Shown: positions 1 to 13,032, numbered from the whole stretch's first letter. The stretch: 63,677 bases of DNA, filler included, from Octopus bimaculoides (GCF_001194135.2; 5 parts of 4 records of this genome joined end to end with filler, not necessarily neighbours in it); one strand, 5' to 3'. Notes: generated from the letters alone by a model not told the origin. A program made the numbers and translations.

Positions 1-194
1 TGTAAAACCATTGAGTGTTAAAGTAAGTATTACTATTACACTTTCACTTTTCGACTGACATGCGTCAATGTATATCTGTGTATATAACAGTGAAACAATA
101 ACGTGGTATATTCGCTGTGTGAATTATCGTAAAAGTTTCCAAGTACCAATAAGCAACAATTTCATTCCCGGGCAACGCCGGGTGGCTCTGCTAG
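1..194 (+). mobile_element. Helitron 3' terminus
   Basis: GC hairpin CCCGG-GCAACG-CCGGG (167-182) followed 8 nt later by CTAG (191-194) and then T, the canonical Helitron 3' signature; the 5' end lies outside the window. Confidence 0.7.
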
Positions 195-225
195 TTACTA
201 ATATTCGTTTATATTATAGTCACAA

Positions 226-370
226 GGGCCTAAAATTTTGGACGAGGGGTCCAGTAGATTACATCAATATACAAAGCTCAAACAATACTTATTTTATCGA
301 CTTCGAAAGGTTGAAAGGCAAAGTCGACCTCAGCGGAACGTGCAAACGATTCTGCCAGTTCGTCGCGTTG
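226..370 (-). mobile_element. tRNA-derived SINE family A, internally deleted copy
   Basis: Matches the recurring body ...TTATCGAC..GAAAGG.TGAAAGGCAAAGTCGACCTC.GCGGAA... seen in many copies in this window; CpGs retained. Confidence 0.8.
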
Positions 371-774
371 ATGCCATCACAAATATTAATTTCGTTCGAG
401 TTGGCATAGGGGCTAATTTTATTAAGGGAGAAACAATATTGAATTGAATTGGTTCTCTCATATTAACAACTGATGCTAAAACCCATCTGCCGTTTTAAAA
501 TTAAGGTTAAATTGGGTGAAGTTCGAACTTAGAACACTGAGACAAAACAAGATTAAATAATGTAAAACAATTGAAACCAACTGCCTTTGGTTACTCCGTC
601 TCAGCATCATATTTGTTCATTAACATTATACTGTCAATCTTTCCATATCTGTTTTCCCCTCATTAGCAGCAACCTCTCTCCAACACATTATCATCATCGT
701 CATCGGCATTAAAGAGGCACCCGGTTTAGATGGGAACGGAAGCGGTCACGTGCAACCACTAAACAGTCGACGAC

Positions 775-1145
775 AGAGAAAGAGAAAGAAATAGAGAATT
801 ACTATATTAGTGAGCGAGAGAGAGAGAGAGAGAGAGTAGTGAGTGAGTAAAAAGTAGATTGGGAGAGAGAGAGAGAGAGAGAGAGAGAGGATAGTGAGTG
901 AAGAGAGAAAGGGAAGATAACAAGCGAGTGAATGAAAAGAGAGAAAGGAGTTAGTGGATTGGAGAGAGGGAAAGAGAAGGATAAGATAGTAAATGAGTAA
1001 AAAAAAGAGACATAGAGAATGTAATGAATGAATGGAAGAGAGAGAGAGAAGTTAGTATGTGAAAAAATGAGACAGAAAAATATGAGTGAGTGAAAAAGAC
1101 AGAAGTTAGTGAATAAATAAGAGAGAGAGAGAGAGAGAGAGAGAA
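775..1145. repeat. (AG)n/purine-rich low-complexity tract
   Basis: Several (AG)n runs embedded in purine-only sequence. Confidence 0.9.
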
Positions 1146-2137
1146 GGTAGTGAGTGAGATTGAGTAGCAGACCAGGGCAAGCGGGTCTGTTAATTTCTTC
1201 ACACGATCAGTGGCGCTTTCTGCTTTTACCAGAACCATTTTCTCCCCGTTGCTGATAGGTTTGTAACTACAGCATACGTACACACACTCCGGGAAGATGA
1301 ATTGCCAAAGAAATGTCATTGTGAGTTGATCTCTGTTATATTATTTAAACAACAGATAGAAACAAATATTTTCCGATTCTCATACGTGCATTATTATTAT
1401 TTGTTTTACCAATGCCACTCTAAGAAATCGTCTGCTCTTGCTTGTCCATCTGTTAAAAATAACTTGTGCAACCTATTTGCTTGTTTATTGCACCCGTGCT
1501 CGTTCAAAGAAATAGACATAGATATATAAACACGCATGCATACACACACATAACTACACATGCACACACACAACCGCATACACATTTTTGTACACCTGCT
1601 TACATGCATAACATACATATGTACATGTATAATATATTATATTATTTTGTTTTCGTTGCATTTTGCGCAGATATTTACTAAATTCATTTATTTTGACGTT
1701 TCCCTCGAAAGAAAAAAAAATAGTTTCAATATATAAACATAAATATCGAAAGAAACAAGTGTCCGTATATTTTGCACACAACATCTTCCATTCCCTAAAT
1801 TCTACATTTATTATTATTATGTCATTGTATTTCTATAAACCTAGGAAACCTATTTATCTCCCACGACTCGTTGCCGTTCGTTCACCATTTGTCAGTTTTA
1901 GGGTGTTATTTCAGCTGCAATACTGCGACTACTATCTTAGCCGTCTTCTTTCCCCCTCTATCATCTTTATTTATATCTCTCTTATGCACATCTCTTTCTC
2001 CATATCCCTATTTATTTGCCTCTTATTCCCCAAACATTTCTTGGTCTCCCTGTCTTGTTTTCCATAATCTTTCTCCCTCACCCTCCGGTTTGTTTATGTC
2101 TCCTCTCTTTCTATTTCCCTCTCTCCATCCATTCTAG

Positions 2138-2180
<43 letters not shown>

Positions 2181-3097
2181 ATTTCCTTCTGCTTTTCTCT
2201 TCTCGTTATTTTTCTGGCTTCTTTAATCTAATTCCCTTCTTTCTCTCTTAATCATCTCATTCTGCTCTTCTTTTTATAAATATATTTTTTGCCTTTCACT
2301 TATCGTCTCTCTTTTTGCTTTGCTGTTTATTTTCTTCATTCATCTATCGATCTCTTTCCACGTTCTTTTTATTTTTATTTTCGTCTCTTCCTCTCAGTCT
2401 CCCTTATTTGTTATCAACAATCTGTCCCCTCTCTATCACCACATCCTTTCTCTCCTCTAATATCCATCCCCTTATCTGTGTCAGCTCTAGTTAATTAACC
2501 CTTTCTCTTTCACCTTGCATTATCATCCCCCTCGTTTCTCTCTCTCACTACTCTTCTACGAGGATCGCTAATTAACCCAACTACTTTTCATTCACACGAA
2601 ATTAATCCATCCACTATATTTCGTTATTGCATATTGCCTTTTTATTCCAAAGGTTGTCGCTACCCTCCAACCTACATATAAGTGTAGGAAAGAACCATGT
2701 TAAATGGATAGAGTGGACATTATTGATATGTACATATTTTGGGAGCAACCCCGATCACTACTATTTACGATCACCACTTTATTATTATTATAGATCTTAC
2801 TGTCTGCCTACAAGTCTTGTCTGCTACTTGTCTGACTTTCATTAGTACTAATCTTCTTCTTCTTCTTCTCTCTCTCTCTCTCTTGACTATTGTGGCGGCC
2901 ACCGTCGCCGTCTTTTCTCTTATTGTCTACTGCATTTCCTTAACTTCTCTCTATCCGTCTATCTCTGTTCCAATATTTATTTATTTATTGCCTCTCTGTC
3001 AGTCTAACTTACTAATTAGCAGCATGTCTGATTCTATCACCCACAACAGTGACCGTCTCTTCCTATCCCCACCCTATATTCTTAAGCGTATTTGCAT

Positions 3098-3130
<33 letters not shown>

Positions 3131-4272
3131 TCTGCCTCTGTGTGTGTGTGTATGTGTGTATATCAAAAGTACATATGTTGAGCGCACATACACACTGTGT
3201 TGTATACATACAAATGTATGTTTTTGTAAACCCCTATCCACCCCCAACAACCACTTAGATCTAGGAATATGTAATATAAATGACGGCGTATAATATTATT
3301 TTTGTTATTATTCTTAAGTAGTATTTAATGTTCACAAATTAGAACGGTGAAAATGTTAGCTTATACATCGCACTGTTTACGTAGACAAAAATGTATTAAT
3401 TATAATGACTGTACTGTTAGTGTTTGGTATATCCTCTCTTTGTCTGTATCTGTTTATGTTTGTCTGTCTGTCTGTGTTTACGCTAAAATACTGTGAGCTC
3501 AGTAAAATAATAATTTCGTTAATCATTGAATTTCACGGAATATTACCCATTAAAATTTCCGGATATTTTGATATTTGGTGGTGAGGTAATAATTAGCTTT
3601 ACAATCATAATAAATATAATAAAGAGATGATTGACAGTTAACATATTACTAATAGCATACAGAATGTGATTTTATGCTAATATGTACATATGAATAAAGT
3701 GTGTACACACATATCTATCTATCTATCTATCTATCTATANNNNNNNNNNNNNNNNNNNNNNNNNNNNNNNNNNNNNNNNNNNNNNNNNNNNNNNNNNNNN
3801 NNNNNNNNNNNNNNNNNNNNNNNNNNNNNNNNNNNNNNNNNNNNNNNNNNNNNNNNNNNNNNNNNNNNNNNNNNNNNNNNNNNNNNNNNNNNNNNNNNNN
3901 NNNNNNNNNNNNNNNNNNNNNNNNNNNNNNNNNNNNNNNNNNNNNNNNNNNNNNNNNNNNNNNNNNNNNNNNNNNNNNNNNNNNNNNNNNNNNNNNNNNN
4001 NNNNNNNNNNNNNNNNNNNNNNNNNNNNNNNNNNNNNNNNNNNNNNNNNNNNNNNNNNNNNNNNNNNNNNNNNNNNNNNNNNNNNNNNNNNNNNNNNNNN
4101 NNNNNNNNNNNNNNNNNNNNNNNNNNNNNNNNNNNNNNNNNNNNNNNNATATATACACAGTGTGTGTGTACATACATTTATATGTATATACAAATAAGCC
4201 TGTAAGTACATAGGTATTTACGATTAGTATAAATGTATATGTTTATATGCACGCATGTATACATGTATATAG

Positions 4273-4318
<46 letters not shown>

Positions 4319-4504
4319 GTCTATATCTCGATGAAAACTGTTTCTTAATAAGTAGGTTCCATTCCTTGACAGGATTCCAATTTCTGTACTTAAATACAGG
4401 TTAAGTTCTCAATTTTTTTTTCTTTCTTGGTGACTCTAAATTATGGGCTGTAAAAAAAAAAAAAAAGAAATGAAACAGGTGATTTGTTTTTCTTTTAATT
4501 TAAG

Positions 4505-4565
4505 TCAACTGGTGCCATAATCTTGACAAGTCTTCTTATCCGTACAATCTACGGAATCTCTCCAG
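4505..4565 (+). CDS. Candidate exon (possibly first or early exon of the gene spanning about 4.5-21.8 kb)
   Basis: Acceptor ttttcttttaatttaag, donor CAG|gtatga; two open frames (STGAIILTSLLIRTIYGISP or NWCHNLDKSSYPYNLRNLS). Frame and coding status unresolved. Confidence 0.35.
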
Positions 4566-5257
4566 GTATGACAGAATGACCTGACTAGACGACACCCCTT
4601 CCTCCTCCTCCTTTCCATTCTCCTCCCACTCCTCCCACAATTTGGCGTTTTCAGAAATAGACGGAAACCAGACCATTTTTGTTGTTGATCTTAAACGATT
4701 TCATGTAGAAACAACCTTACACATATAAAATGCAAATCACCCAAAATTTTGATCTTCATTGATTTTCTCATTAGGCTTTTAAATCTCATTCGTATTTTTG
4801 TGTGTGTATTCACGTCCTAATTTTTAATTTGTGTGTATGCGCTATTAAATTTTTCATTCATAATTACATTGAAGAAGAAAACCTATTTTTAAAATGGCAT
4901 TATAATATTCAAACGCTACTTTATACTTAAGTGACGTCTCCACTCTTTCTCGCCCCCACAACTCTCTCTGTTTTTATAGGTGACATAATTTTTGGTGTGG
5001 AATTCCCTCTTTGAATTAGCTTGCAGAGGTTTTTTTTATTTTGTGGTGACTGACTCATTATAAAAATACTGTTTTTTTTACTGTGAGACCATTTTACTTT
5101 TCCTCTTGCTACTTAACTTCTCATACAGTCTTCCTAAATGGTAATTCGTCATTTTATTTACAAAAACTCTTTAAAAATCCTACACGTAACTTGCATATCA
5201 TCAGTTTTTTACCCTTTCCTTTTCATTTCACATTATATATATATATACATATATCAG

Positions 5258-5304
<47 letters not shown>

Positions 5305-6389
5305 TGATGATGTAATTTCACAATGTTGCTTTTTTCTTTACTCTTAACGAATGTTTTTGTTATTAGAATATAAATATTAACTTGTGTCAACGGTAAAGTA
5401 AATAAATCTATTATCGTAGGTATATTCGGTGACTGCTTAGAAATGAAGCGAAACCTTTTGTAATTAATAGAACAATAACATATTTGTTGTCACATTCCTG
5501 ATAATAGGCATTTTGTTCACTTTAGGTTTAACTTTAGCTGCAGTTACAGCAGCTGTTTGGACGATAACATCTTTAATAAGGTCAAAATCCTGCTGGGATC
5601 AGCTTTGACTTTCATCCCTCTGGGGTCGACTGAGGTCATGGTATTGACTAACTACCCCTCCCCTCAAATTTGCTGGTCTTACATCTAATTCTATCACTAT
5701 TCAATAGGTGTGAGCCCCTCCATGTGTGTGTGTGTGTTACCTCTACTTTTCCCTTATTTTATTTTCAGCTTGTATAATTTGTTATGTAAACAGTTCCGTC
5801 ACAGTTTTGTTTTGTTTCTATCAATTTATTGTTTAAATTTATTAACATTATTATAATCTTTGGACATTAAAAAAAGTTGCCTTCTTTAAATTCAGCTGAT
5901 TGCAAATGGTACCGAAATCCTAAACACGAACTTATTCTCCTCATGTTTATTGAGAAAACTACGGAAATGTTCATTTGTTTTTTGCAGGTTTTATTAATGA
6001 AATGATTTTCAGTTATACAGTATTGCTTTGGTTGATTGCATTTTCAATAGTACCTAATTGGCATTGAATTGATTGGATCAGAAAAAGTTATTTAATATCT
6101 TGAATGTAGGACAGTTAGCACACAGTGCCAAACAAGATAGGAAATCCCTGACTTCATTCACACACACACTATAAATTTTCAAAAGTGAAATGGTTTTGTA
6201 TCTTATTTTCAGTGGTTTTCCTATGTAATTTATTTAGCTAAAATAATCTCATTACTACGACTCCCCCCACCACCACATGCCTTGCTAGAATGTAATGTTA
6301 GTGTGTCTGAACAATAGAGTACATATGATTTGAGAGAAAAATTGAGTTTTAGGGCAATCGGCTATAACATATACAAGGGAGAATGGTTG

Positions 6390-6612
6390 CGCTGTTCTAG
6401 ACATTTGCATATAAAGGATGATAGGTAAAGAAGTACCAAGTTGTCAAAATGAAAAGAGCTTGTGAGAAAAGGAAGACTTGGGAAGAAGTAATGAAATCTG
6501 ATCTCAAAATGTTGAGCCTCACCAAGGTGACAGAAGGATGGCAAGTGGCAAATTGTTGTTGGAGCAAGACCCTTGCAACCCATGCAAGCATGGAAAAACA
6601 TATGATGATGGC
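6390..6612 (+). mobile_element. RTE-clade LINE 3' end fragment
   Basis: Translates to ...RKTWEEVMKSDLKMLSLT..., typical of the RTE ORF C-terminus, then the CCCATGCAAGCATGGAAAA...GATGATG tail shared with family D SINEs. Confidence 0.65.
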
Positions 6613-6885
6613 CAATGTTTCTATTTCTTTACTGATCTATCCCAATGCATAGAAATATGCATGGGTGCATCCCATTCCCAGAAAGGCCCATTTTCTTGTG
6701 GGTCGTGTGGGTTTCAAGCTTTTGGATAAGGGGTCATGAGAGCAAAAAAGATGGGAATCACTGATCTAAGTAGTAACTGCTAATATGATTTCATAGGGCC
6801 TTATTTCCCAGAAACTGGCTTTCTGGCATCAGTGCTGTCTGGCTTTGAGTACTTCTTCAAAAGCAAACTCTTCAAAAGTATCTGA

Positions 6886-7103
6886 TATTCTTTTCTACTC
6901 TAGGCACAAGGGCTGAAATTTTGGGGGAGAGGGCCAGTCAATTAGATCAACCCCAGTATGTAACTGGTACTTAAGTTATCAACCCCGAAAGGATGAAAGG
7001 CAAAGTTGACTTTGGCAGAATTTGAACTTAGAATGTAACGACAGAAGAAATACTGCTAAGCATTTCGCCCAGCGTGTTAACGTTTCTGCCAGCTTACCGC
7101 CTT
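6886..7103 (-). mobile_element. tRNA-derived SINE family A, full length, CpG-decayed
   Basis: Head with A box (TGGCAGAAACG) and B-box-like (GTTCAAATT) motifs, central CCTTTCATCCTTTCGGGG..GATAA...AAGTACCAG domain, tail CCTAGAGTAGAAAAGAATA; many CG>TG/CA changes. Confidence 0.9.
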
Positions 7104-7269
7104 CAAAAGTACCTGAGATTGAGAACCATCTTATTAAGCTGCCTGCCTATGTGCTCCATTTATTTCCTCACTCCTCTATGGTTAGGTTGGCCCATTGTAA
7201 CATGTGTTTTCATATTATGAAAATCATTATTTAGTATCATTTGCTTCTGCAGTTTAATTATTTTAAAGC

Positions 7270-7642
7270 AATGGCCCACTGGTTAGGGCAACAGACTCAC
7301 GGCCATAGGATCATGGTCTCGATTCCCAGACCGGGCATTGTGAGTGTTTATTGAGTGAAAACACCTGAAGCTCCATGACACTCTGGCAGGGGGGTGGTGT
7401 GTGATGAACCCTGCTGTACTCTTTCACCACAACTTTCTCTCACTCTTTCTTCCTGTTTCTGTTGTACCTGTATTTCAAAGGGCCAGCTTTGTCACAATGT
7501 GTGTCACACTGAATCTCCCCCAGAACTACTTTAAGGGTACACATGTCTGGAGTGCTCAGCCACTTGCACGTTAATTTCGCAAGCAGTCTGTTCCATTGAT
7601 CGGATCAACTGGAATCCTTGTTGTCGTAACTGACAGAGTGCT
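7270..7642 (+). mobile_element. tRNA-derived SINE family E
   Basis: tRNA-like head (GGTTAGGGCA...GGTCTCGATTCCC) plus a body matching 12508-12740 (+) and 63250-63570 (-). Confidence 0.85.
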
Positions 7643-8452
7643 AAGGAAAAAAAAAATTATAATTGCAGTCTTTGTTGGTCTGAGACTTTCAAAACCATTA
7701 TTATAGTTATTCCAATTTTAAATGTCTGAATTTGATGTTTTGCAACAGTTGGTAGTTCTAGATTCTTCATGAAATTGATTGTATTATCAACTATTTTAAT
7801 GCTGTCTTATCAGGAGATAATTGTTATCATAAATTAATTCATTTAAAATATTCAGAATGTTCTAGAGTTATAGCAGAGCAGATTGAGGGATGGGAAATAG
7901 TTTCCTAAAGGGTGCACAATTTAGTAATATCAGGTTACCTGATGAGTGGTGGCTTTTTCTAATTGTGTACATTCAATAAAACTACGCTCATTAAAACCAA
8001 TATTTTAGTTATGCTAGGCTAGCCAAGACTAAAGTGCTATGAGACACCAACAATATCATGTAACTGGTCTTGTGCATAGTGTAGGAAAGGAATCAGACAG
8101 GAACTTCATAGTGTAATCATTGTGAGCGATAAGTACTCGGAATAACAATATTTGTAAATTATTACACAGACAATGAAACAAACTGAAGATGCAATAAATT
8201 CCCTGGAGTAAAAGAAGCTGCCAAATGAGTCACAAATGATGACCTTGGATTGCTTGAATAGCTGAAGAGAAGTAAAGTGTTGGTACCTAACTTATATAAT
8301 TAGAGATGGAGTTTTATATAACGCTAGTATATTTATTTTGGTACCTGTGTTATATTATGAATGTTAGTATGGTTATTTTGGTGAGAACAAAACGTTTCAG
8401 TCTCTAAATAAGGAACAGAAGCGTGCAAAAAGGATTGATGGCTGTGAAATCA

Positions 8453-8970
8453 TCATCATCATCGTTTAACGTCCGCTTTACATGCTAGCATGGGTTGGAC
8501 GATTTGACTGAGAACTGGTGAAACCAGATGGCTGCACCAGGCTCCAATCTGATCTGGCAGAGTTTCTACAGCTGGATGCCCTTCCTAACGCCAACCACTC
8601 TGAGAGTGTAGTGGGTGCTTTTACGTGCCACCGGCATGAGAGCCAGTCTGGCGGTACTGGCAACGGCCACGCTCATGTACAGCAAGTATAGAGCATGATG
8701 TATACTGTGAAATATGGGCAGATAAGTAGGGTGTGTGAATGATGTCTCTAACAAAAAAAGGGATAGGCAATAGAGTACGTACAATGGTGTATCATCATCA
8801 TCATTTAACGTCCGTTTTCCATGCTGGCATGGGTTGGATGGTTCAACTGGGATTTGGCAAGCCAGGAGGCTGCACCAGGCCCCAATCTGATCTGGCAGTG
8901 TTTCTACAGCTGGATGCCCTTCCTAACACCAACCACTCTGAGAGTATAGTAGGTGCTTTTACATGCCACC
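8453..8970 (-). mobile_element. Two family D SINE fragments with RTE-like tails (8453-8675 and 8791-8970)
   Basis: Both begin (CAT)n-TTTAACGTCCG.TTT.CATGCT.GCATGGGTTGG and contain TTTCTACAGCTGGATGCCCTTCCTAAC; same family as 10290-10455 and 12330-12507. Confidence 0.9.
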
Positions 8971-9234
8971 AGAGAATGAGTGATGGTATGCAGTGAAGTT
9001 TATGGGCAATGGCTGCAGTTCTCCAACATTTAGAAAAGGATGTTTAATTCTGTGGTTCTCAACCATTTTTTTTCACCAATGGACCCTTTTGTTTCCTATC
9101 TGATCCCTCTTTGCCATCCAATGATTAAAAAACTCCTATGGCATTTTTATAATTAAAAATTAGGAAATCTATGGCAAATTTCCTTTTTTTCTTTATTCTT
9201 TTATTTGTTTAGGTCATTCAAACAAGCATAAATG

Positions 9235-9775
9235 TATGTAGTTAAGAAGTTTATATCACAACAACATGGTTCTAGGTTCAAGCCCTCTGTGCTGTAGTGT
9301 ACCACAGATTTGAGACAACCAAAACCTTGAGTGAAATAGGGTTGATGGGAACTGAAACAAGCTTACTTGATTTATCGCATGCATAGGACACAGCTGTAGC
9401 TGTGTGGTTGAGAAGTCAGTTTCCCAACCACATGGTTCTGAGTTCAGTCCCATTGCATGGTACCTTGAGAAAGTGTCTTTGTGAATAGATTCAGTTGATG
9501 GATGTTGTGTGTGTGAATGTTTATGTTTGTGTCTCCTTGCCTTGGCATTGCATTATAGATGTAAACGAGTGTCACCATCATACAAGCAGTGTTGGTCATT
9601 TCCAGTATTCTTCTGTGAAAACATGTCTGGCCATGGGGCAAATAAAACCTTACTTGGAAACAGGTGAGGATTGGCAACAGGAAGAGCATTCAGTTGTAGG
9701 AAATCTACCTCAGTAAACTCCATCTGACCCATTCAAGTGTGGAAAAGTAGACATTAAAGTGATGATAATGATAAC
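9235..9775 (+). mobile_element. Two degenerate tRNA-head SINEs (CORE-like ACCTTG..AAGTGTCTT segment), second with RTE-like tail
   Basis: Head GTGTGGTTGAGAAG...ACCACATGGTTCTGAGTTCAGTCCC, then a tail ending GGAAAAGTAGACATTAAA-GATGAT. Confidence 0.7.
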
Positions 9776-10103
9776 AGCAGATGGGAGTAATTTCAACAGG
9801 TTCCAGATTATGTATATAGTATACACATGCCTATAATATACACATGTCTATAACATACACATGTATATAATATATCCATGTATATACAGGCACTAATTAG
9901 AAAGCTATTGATAGGTCCATTTGAAGAGGACATCATCTGTATTGAAATTCTGGATGCATCCATCTTTCTCTTTCTACGTATGTATATGTGTGAATGAGGG
10001 AGAGAAAGACAGGGCATATTTATGTCTGTACAGCAGCAAAAGTTAGAAGAATTGGAATGCAAACTGGTATTTGATCTCTCCTTGGTTATATTTCTTTACA
10101 CCA

Positions 10104-10455
10104 ACACTGGTGCTGATGCCACATAAAAAGCACTGGTGCTGGTGCCACATAAAAGCACTGGTGATGGTGCCACATAAAAAGCACTGGTGCTGGTGCCACA
10201 TAAAAAGCACTGGTGATGGTGCCACATAAAAGCGCTAGGGATGGTGCCACATAAAAGCGCTGGTGATGGTGCCACATAAAAAGCATCCAGTGAACTCTGT
10301 AAAGTGGTTGGCAATAGGAAGGGCATCCAACTGTAGAAACCATGCCAAAACACAGTGGAATCTGGTGCTGCTCCCAGCCTTGCCAATTCCTGTCAAACCA
10401 ACCAACCCATGCCAGCATGGAAAACAGATTATTAAATGATGAGGATGATGATGAT
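10104..10455 (+). mobile_element. Family D SINE with internal minisatellite
   Basis: Seven 25-26 bp units GCACTGGTG(A/C)TGGTGCCACATAAAA(A) at 10104-10283, followed by the family D tail ending in (GAT)n. Confidence 0.85.
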
Positions 10456-11027
10456 GACTAAAATTGGTTTGTCAATAAAACAAGTACCAGAAAGATTACT
10501 GGGGTTGACAGTGATTAAAAAATGCCTTGAAAGTGTTGTTCCAGCATGACCGGAGCCAAGTGTCTGAAACCTATAAAATGAGTATACATAGATTATAAAT
10601 TATAACTGGGAATAGGCTGTAAGCTGACTGCTGAATGTGATCAGACTCATTTTACATGACGATAGGTGGTAGGCTATAAATTAGAAGGGTTTTGTGAGCT
10701 GAGTCCATAAGTTGGTTTTAGTTCCTAATTGAAACCAATTCACTTCATTTATAATGTCAATAAATGCCCCCATGAATGTCATAAATGTTATTCACTCATT
10801 CTTCATTGTGCGCAATGAGAAAGAAATCAATATTACGACACAATAGCAGTAAGTTGGATTTCTAAATTGTATAACATAATCTGGTTAAGATTGAGAACCA
10901 GACAACTTATTGTTGTTTTAAAAAAAAATTTGATTCTCCTGAGTTAATGTATAAGATGTCTAACAGTAGATGTCAATATAACCTAAACAACACAACAGAA
11001 AAAATGTGGGTTTTTTTTTTCATTTAG

Positions 11028-11051
11028 ATAAAAACTTCCCCGTCGGAAAAG
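11028..11051 (+). CDS. Candidate 24-nt microexon
   Basis: T10-catttag acceptor, AAG|gtatga donor; keeps two CpGs in a CpG-poor region; open as IKTSPSEK (phase 0) or DKNFPVGK (phase 1). Confidence 0.5.
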
Positions 11052-11219
11052 GTATGATGACATAGCTTGTATAAGTGTGTTTAGCTAAAAGCTTAGACAT
11101 CAAAAAAGCCGAGACACTGTTCTTGAACACAACTTTTTATTGATCTTAACAGAGGTTCCACGTAAAGTGTTACGTAGATACTTAACTCTTTAGCATTCAG
11201 ATTACGCTGTCAAAATGTC

Positions 11220-11392
11220 TTTTATTTATTTCAGTCATTAGACTGCAGCCATGCTGGAATGCTGCCTTGAAGAAATTTTAGTCAAATAAAATCAACACCA
11301 GTGCTTATTTTCTAAGCTTGGTATTTACGCTATTGGTCTCTTTTGCTGAACCGCTAAGTTACAAGTACATAAATACACCAGCATCAGTTGAC
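11220..11392 (-). mobile_element. SINE family C 3' part
   Basis: TTTCAGTCATT.GACTGCAGCCATGCTGG...GCCTTGAAG matches 16203-16450, 39575-39760 and 56690-56875. Confidence 0.8.
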
Positions 11393-11786
11393 ATAAATAC
11401 ACTCACCCTCGTATAATTAAATCATCAGCGTTTTAATGTCTACTCTTGGAAATAAATGACACTGCTTGTAGGACAGTGAAACTCATTTACAACTCGTATT
11501 TGTAAATTGAGCAAGGATTTTGAAACAAGTCAGTGAAAGAAGCTAAAATAGAAGAGAATTTTATGAAACAGCCCAAAAGTAATTTAAATGCTGCATTTTA
11601 TTGGAATACAGCCCAGACTTGTCTTTTGTGTTATTTTTTCAGATTTTGATTTCTCATTTGGGTTTTAAATTTATGTAATTTACCAATATTTCTTTTTATT
11701 GATTATATTATTTTAATACACACATGCATATCTGTTAAAGCTCATTTTAATTCATTTACTTACGAATAAAATTGATTTTTGTTTAG

Positions 11787-11847
11787 ATATGCAAAGGTCG
11801 TGCTCCGCGTACTTCAAAGTTACAAAAACCGAGACCATTGAAAAGAG
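11787..11847 (+). CDS. Candidate 61-nt exon
   Basis: gattttttgtttag acceptor, GAG|gtaagt consensus donor, CpG-rich and GC-elevated relative to flanks; ICKGRAPRTSKLQKPRPLKR (phase 0) or DMQRSCSAYFKVTKTETIEK (phase 1). Confidence 0.65.
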
Positions 11848-12060
11848 GTAAGTATTGAACATCAAAATATTTCCAGTGTTTCAATGCAATTGCAAAAGTA
11901 TTGAATTCTGTTAACTCGAGCTGCTAACCTTTATAATCGTCTGCCTTGCAGAGAGTGCAGGCTGGCCTAGATGAAACAGCTGAATTTTACTTGGTCATGT
12001 ACAAAAGGGGTGCTGAAAAGTTCTTGGCTTCTATTCTTTAGCATTTAAACTGGCCAGATA

Positions 12061-12182
12061 TCATCATCATCATCATTGTCATTTAACGTCCGCTTTCCAT
12101 GCTGGCATGGGTTGGATGGTCCTCAGTGAAACCGTCCAACCCATGCCAGCATGGAAAGCAGGTGTTGAATGACAATGATGAT
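12061..12182. repeat. Inverted repeat of two family D SINE tails (about 52-bp stem, 10-nt loop)
   Basis: 12067-12120 is the near reverse complement of 12131-12182; loop CCTCAGTGAA. Confidence 0.9.
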
Positions 12183-12194
12183 CGACCTGTTTTA

Positions 12195-12935
12195 TGTTCA
12201 GGCCACTGGCACGTAAAAAGCCAGCCCCCTTGCCCCAACTGGCTCCTGTGCTGATGGCATGTAAAGAGCAGCATCCGAACATAGTTGATGCCAGTGCCCC
12301 TCACTCCCGACTGGCTCCTGTGCCAGTGGCACATAAAAAGCACCCACTACACTCGAAGTGGTTGGTGTTAGGAAGGGCATCCAACTGTAGAAACCTTGCC
12401 GGATCAGACTGGAGCCTGATGCAGCCTCCTGGCTTGCCAGTCTCTAATCAAACTGTCCAACCCATGCCAGCATGGAAAACGGACGTTAAACGATGATGAT
12501 GATGATTGTGAATGTTTATTGAGCGAAAACACCTAAAGCTCCACAAGGCTCCGGCAGGGGCTGGTTGTGAACCCTGCTGTACACTTTCACCACAACTTTC
12601 TCTCACTCTTTCTTCCTGTTTCTGCTGTACCTGTATTTCAAAGGGCCAGCCATGTCACACTCTGTGTCACGCTGAATCTCCCTGAGAACTATGTTGAGGG
12701 TACACATGACTGTGGAGTGCTCAGCCACTTGCACGTTAATAAATGAGTTGCGACGTCACAGGTGCCAAGCTGTATTGGCCTTTGCCTTTCCCCTTGGATA
12801 ACATCGGTGGCGGGGAGAGGAGAGGCTGGTATGCATGGGTGACTGCTGGTCTTCCATAAACAACCTTGCCCAGACTTGTGCCTCAGAGGGTAACTTTCTA
12901 GGTGCAATCCCATGGTCATTCATGACTGAAGGGGG
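12195..12935 (+). mobile_element. SINE cluster: family D (12195-12507), headless family E (12508-12740), further repeat tail (12741-12935)
   Basis: Direct similarity to other copies in the window; the last segment has no second copy here and is called from recall only. Confidence 0.75.
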
Positions 12936-13032
12936 GTCACAACATACAACTGCCTTGGGTTTGTACCCAGGACATTCTTAACTAATTCTCTGTTGCAGGA
13001 AAAAGTGATGTGCAAGAGGAGATATGTAATCC

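Noticed and set aside
951-1319. 122-aa minus-strand ORF
   Set aside because: The second half is translated (CT)n; the unique part has no convincing splice sites or recognisable motif.
10104-10283. CRISPR-like palindromic direct repeats
   Set aside because: Units are contiguous with no unique spacers, lie inside a SINE, and no cas genes are present.
11052-11115. Intronic C/D box snoRNA (ATGATGA...CCGA)
   Set aside because: No canonical CTGA D box or terminal stem; the C-box-like motif overlaps a splice donor.
12977-13005. Exon GAAAAAGTGATGTGCAAGAGGAGATAT
   Set aside because: Good acceptor but weak donor; including it creates a stop with the next candidate exon in the main chain.
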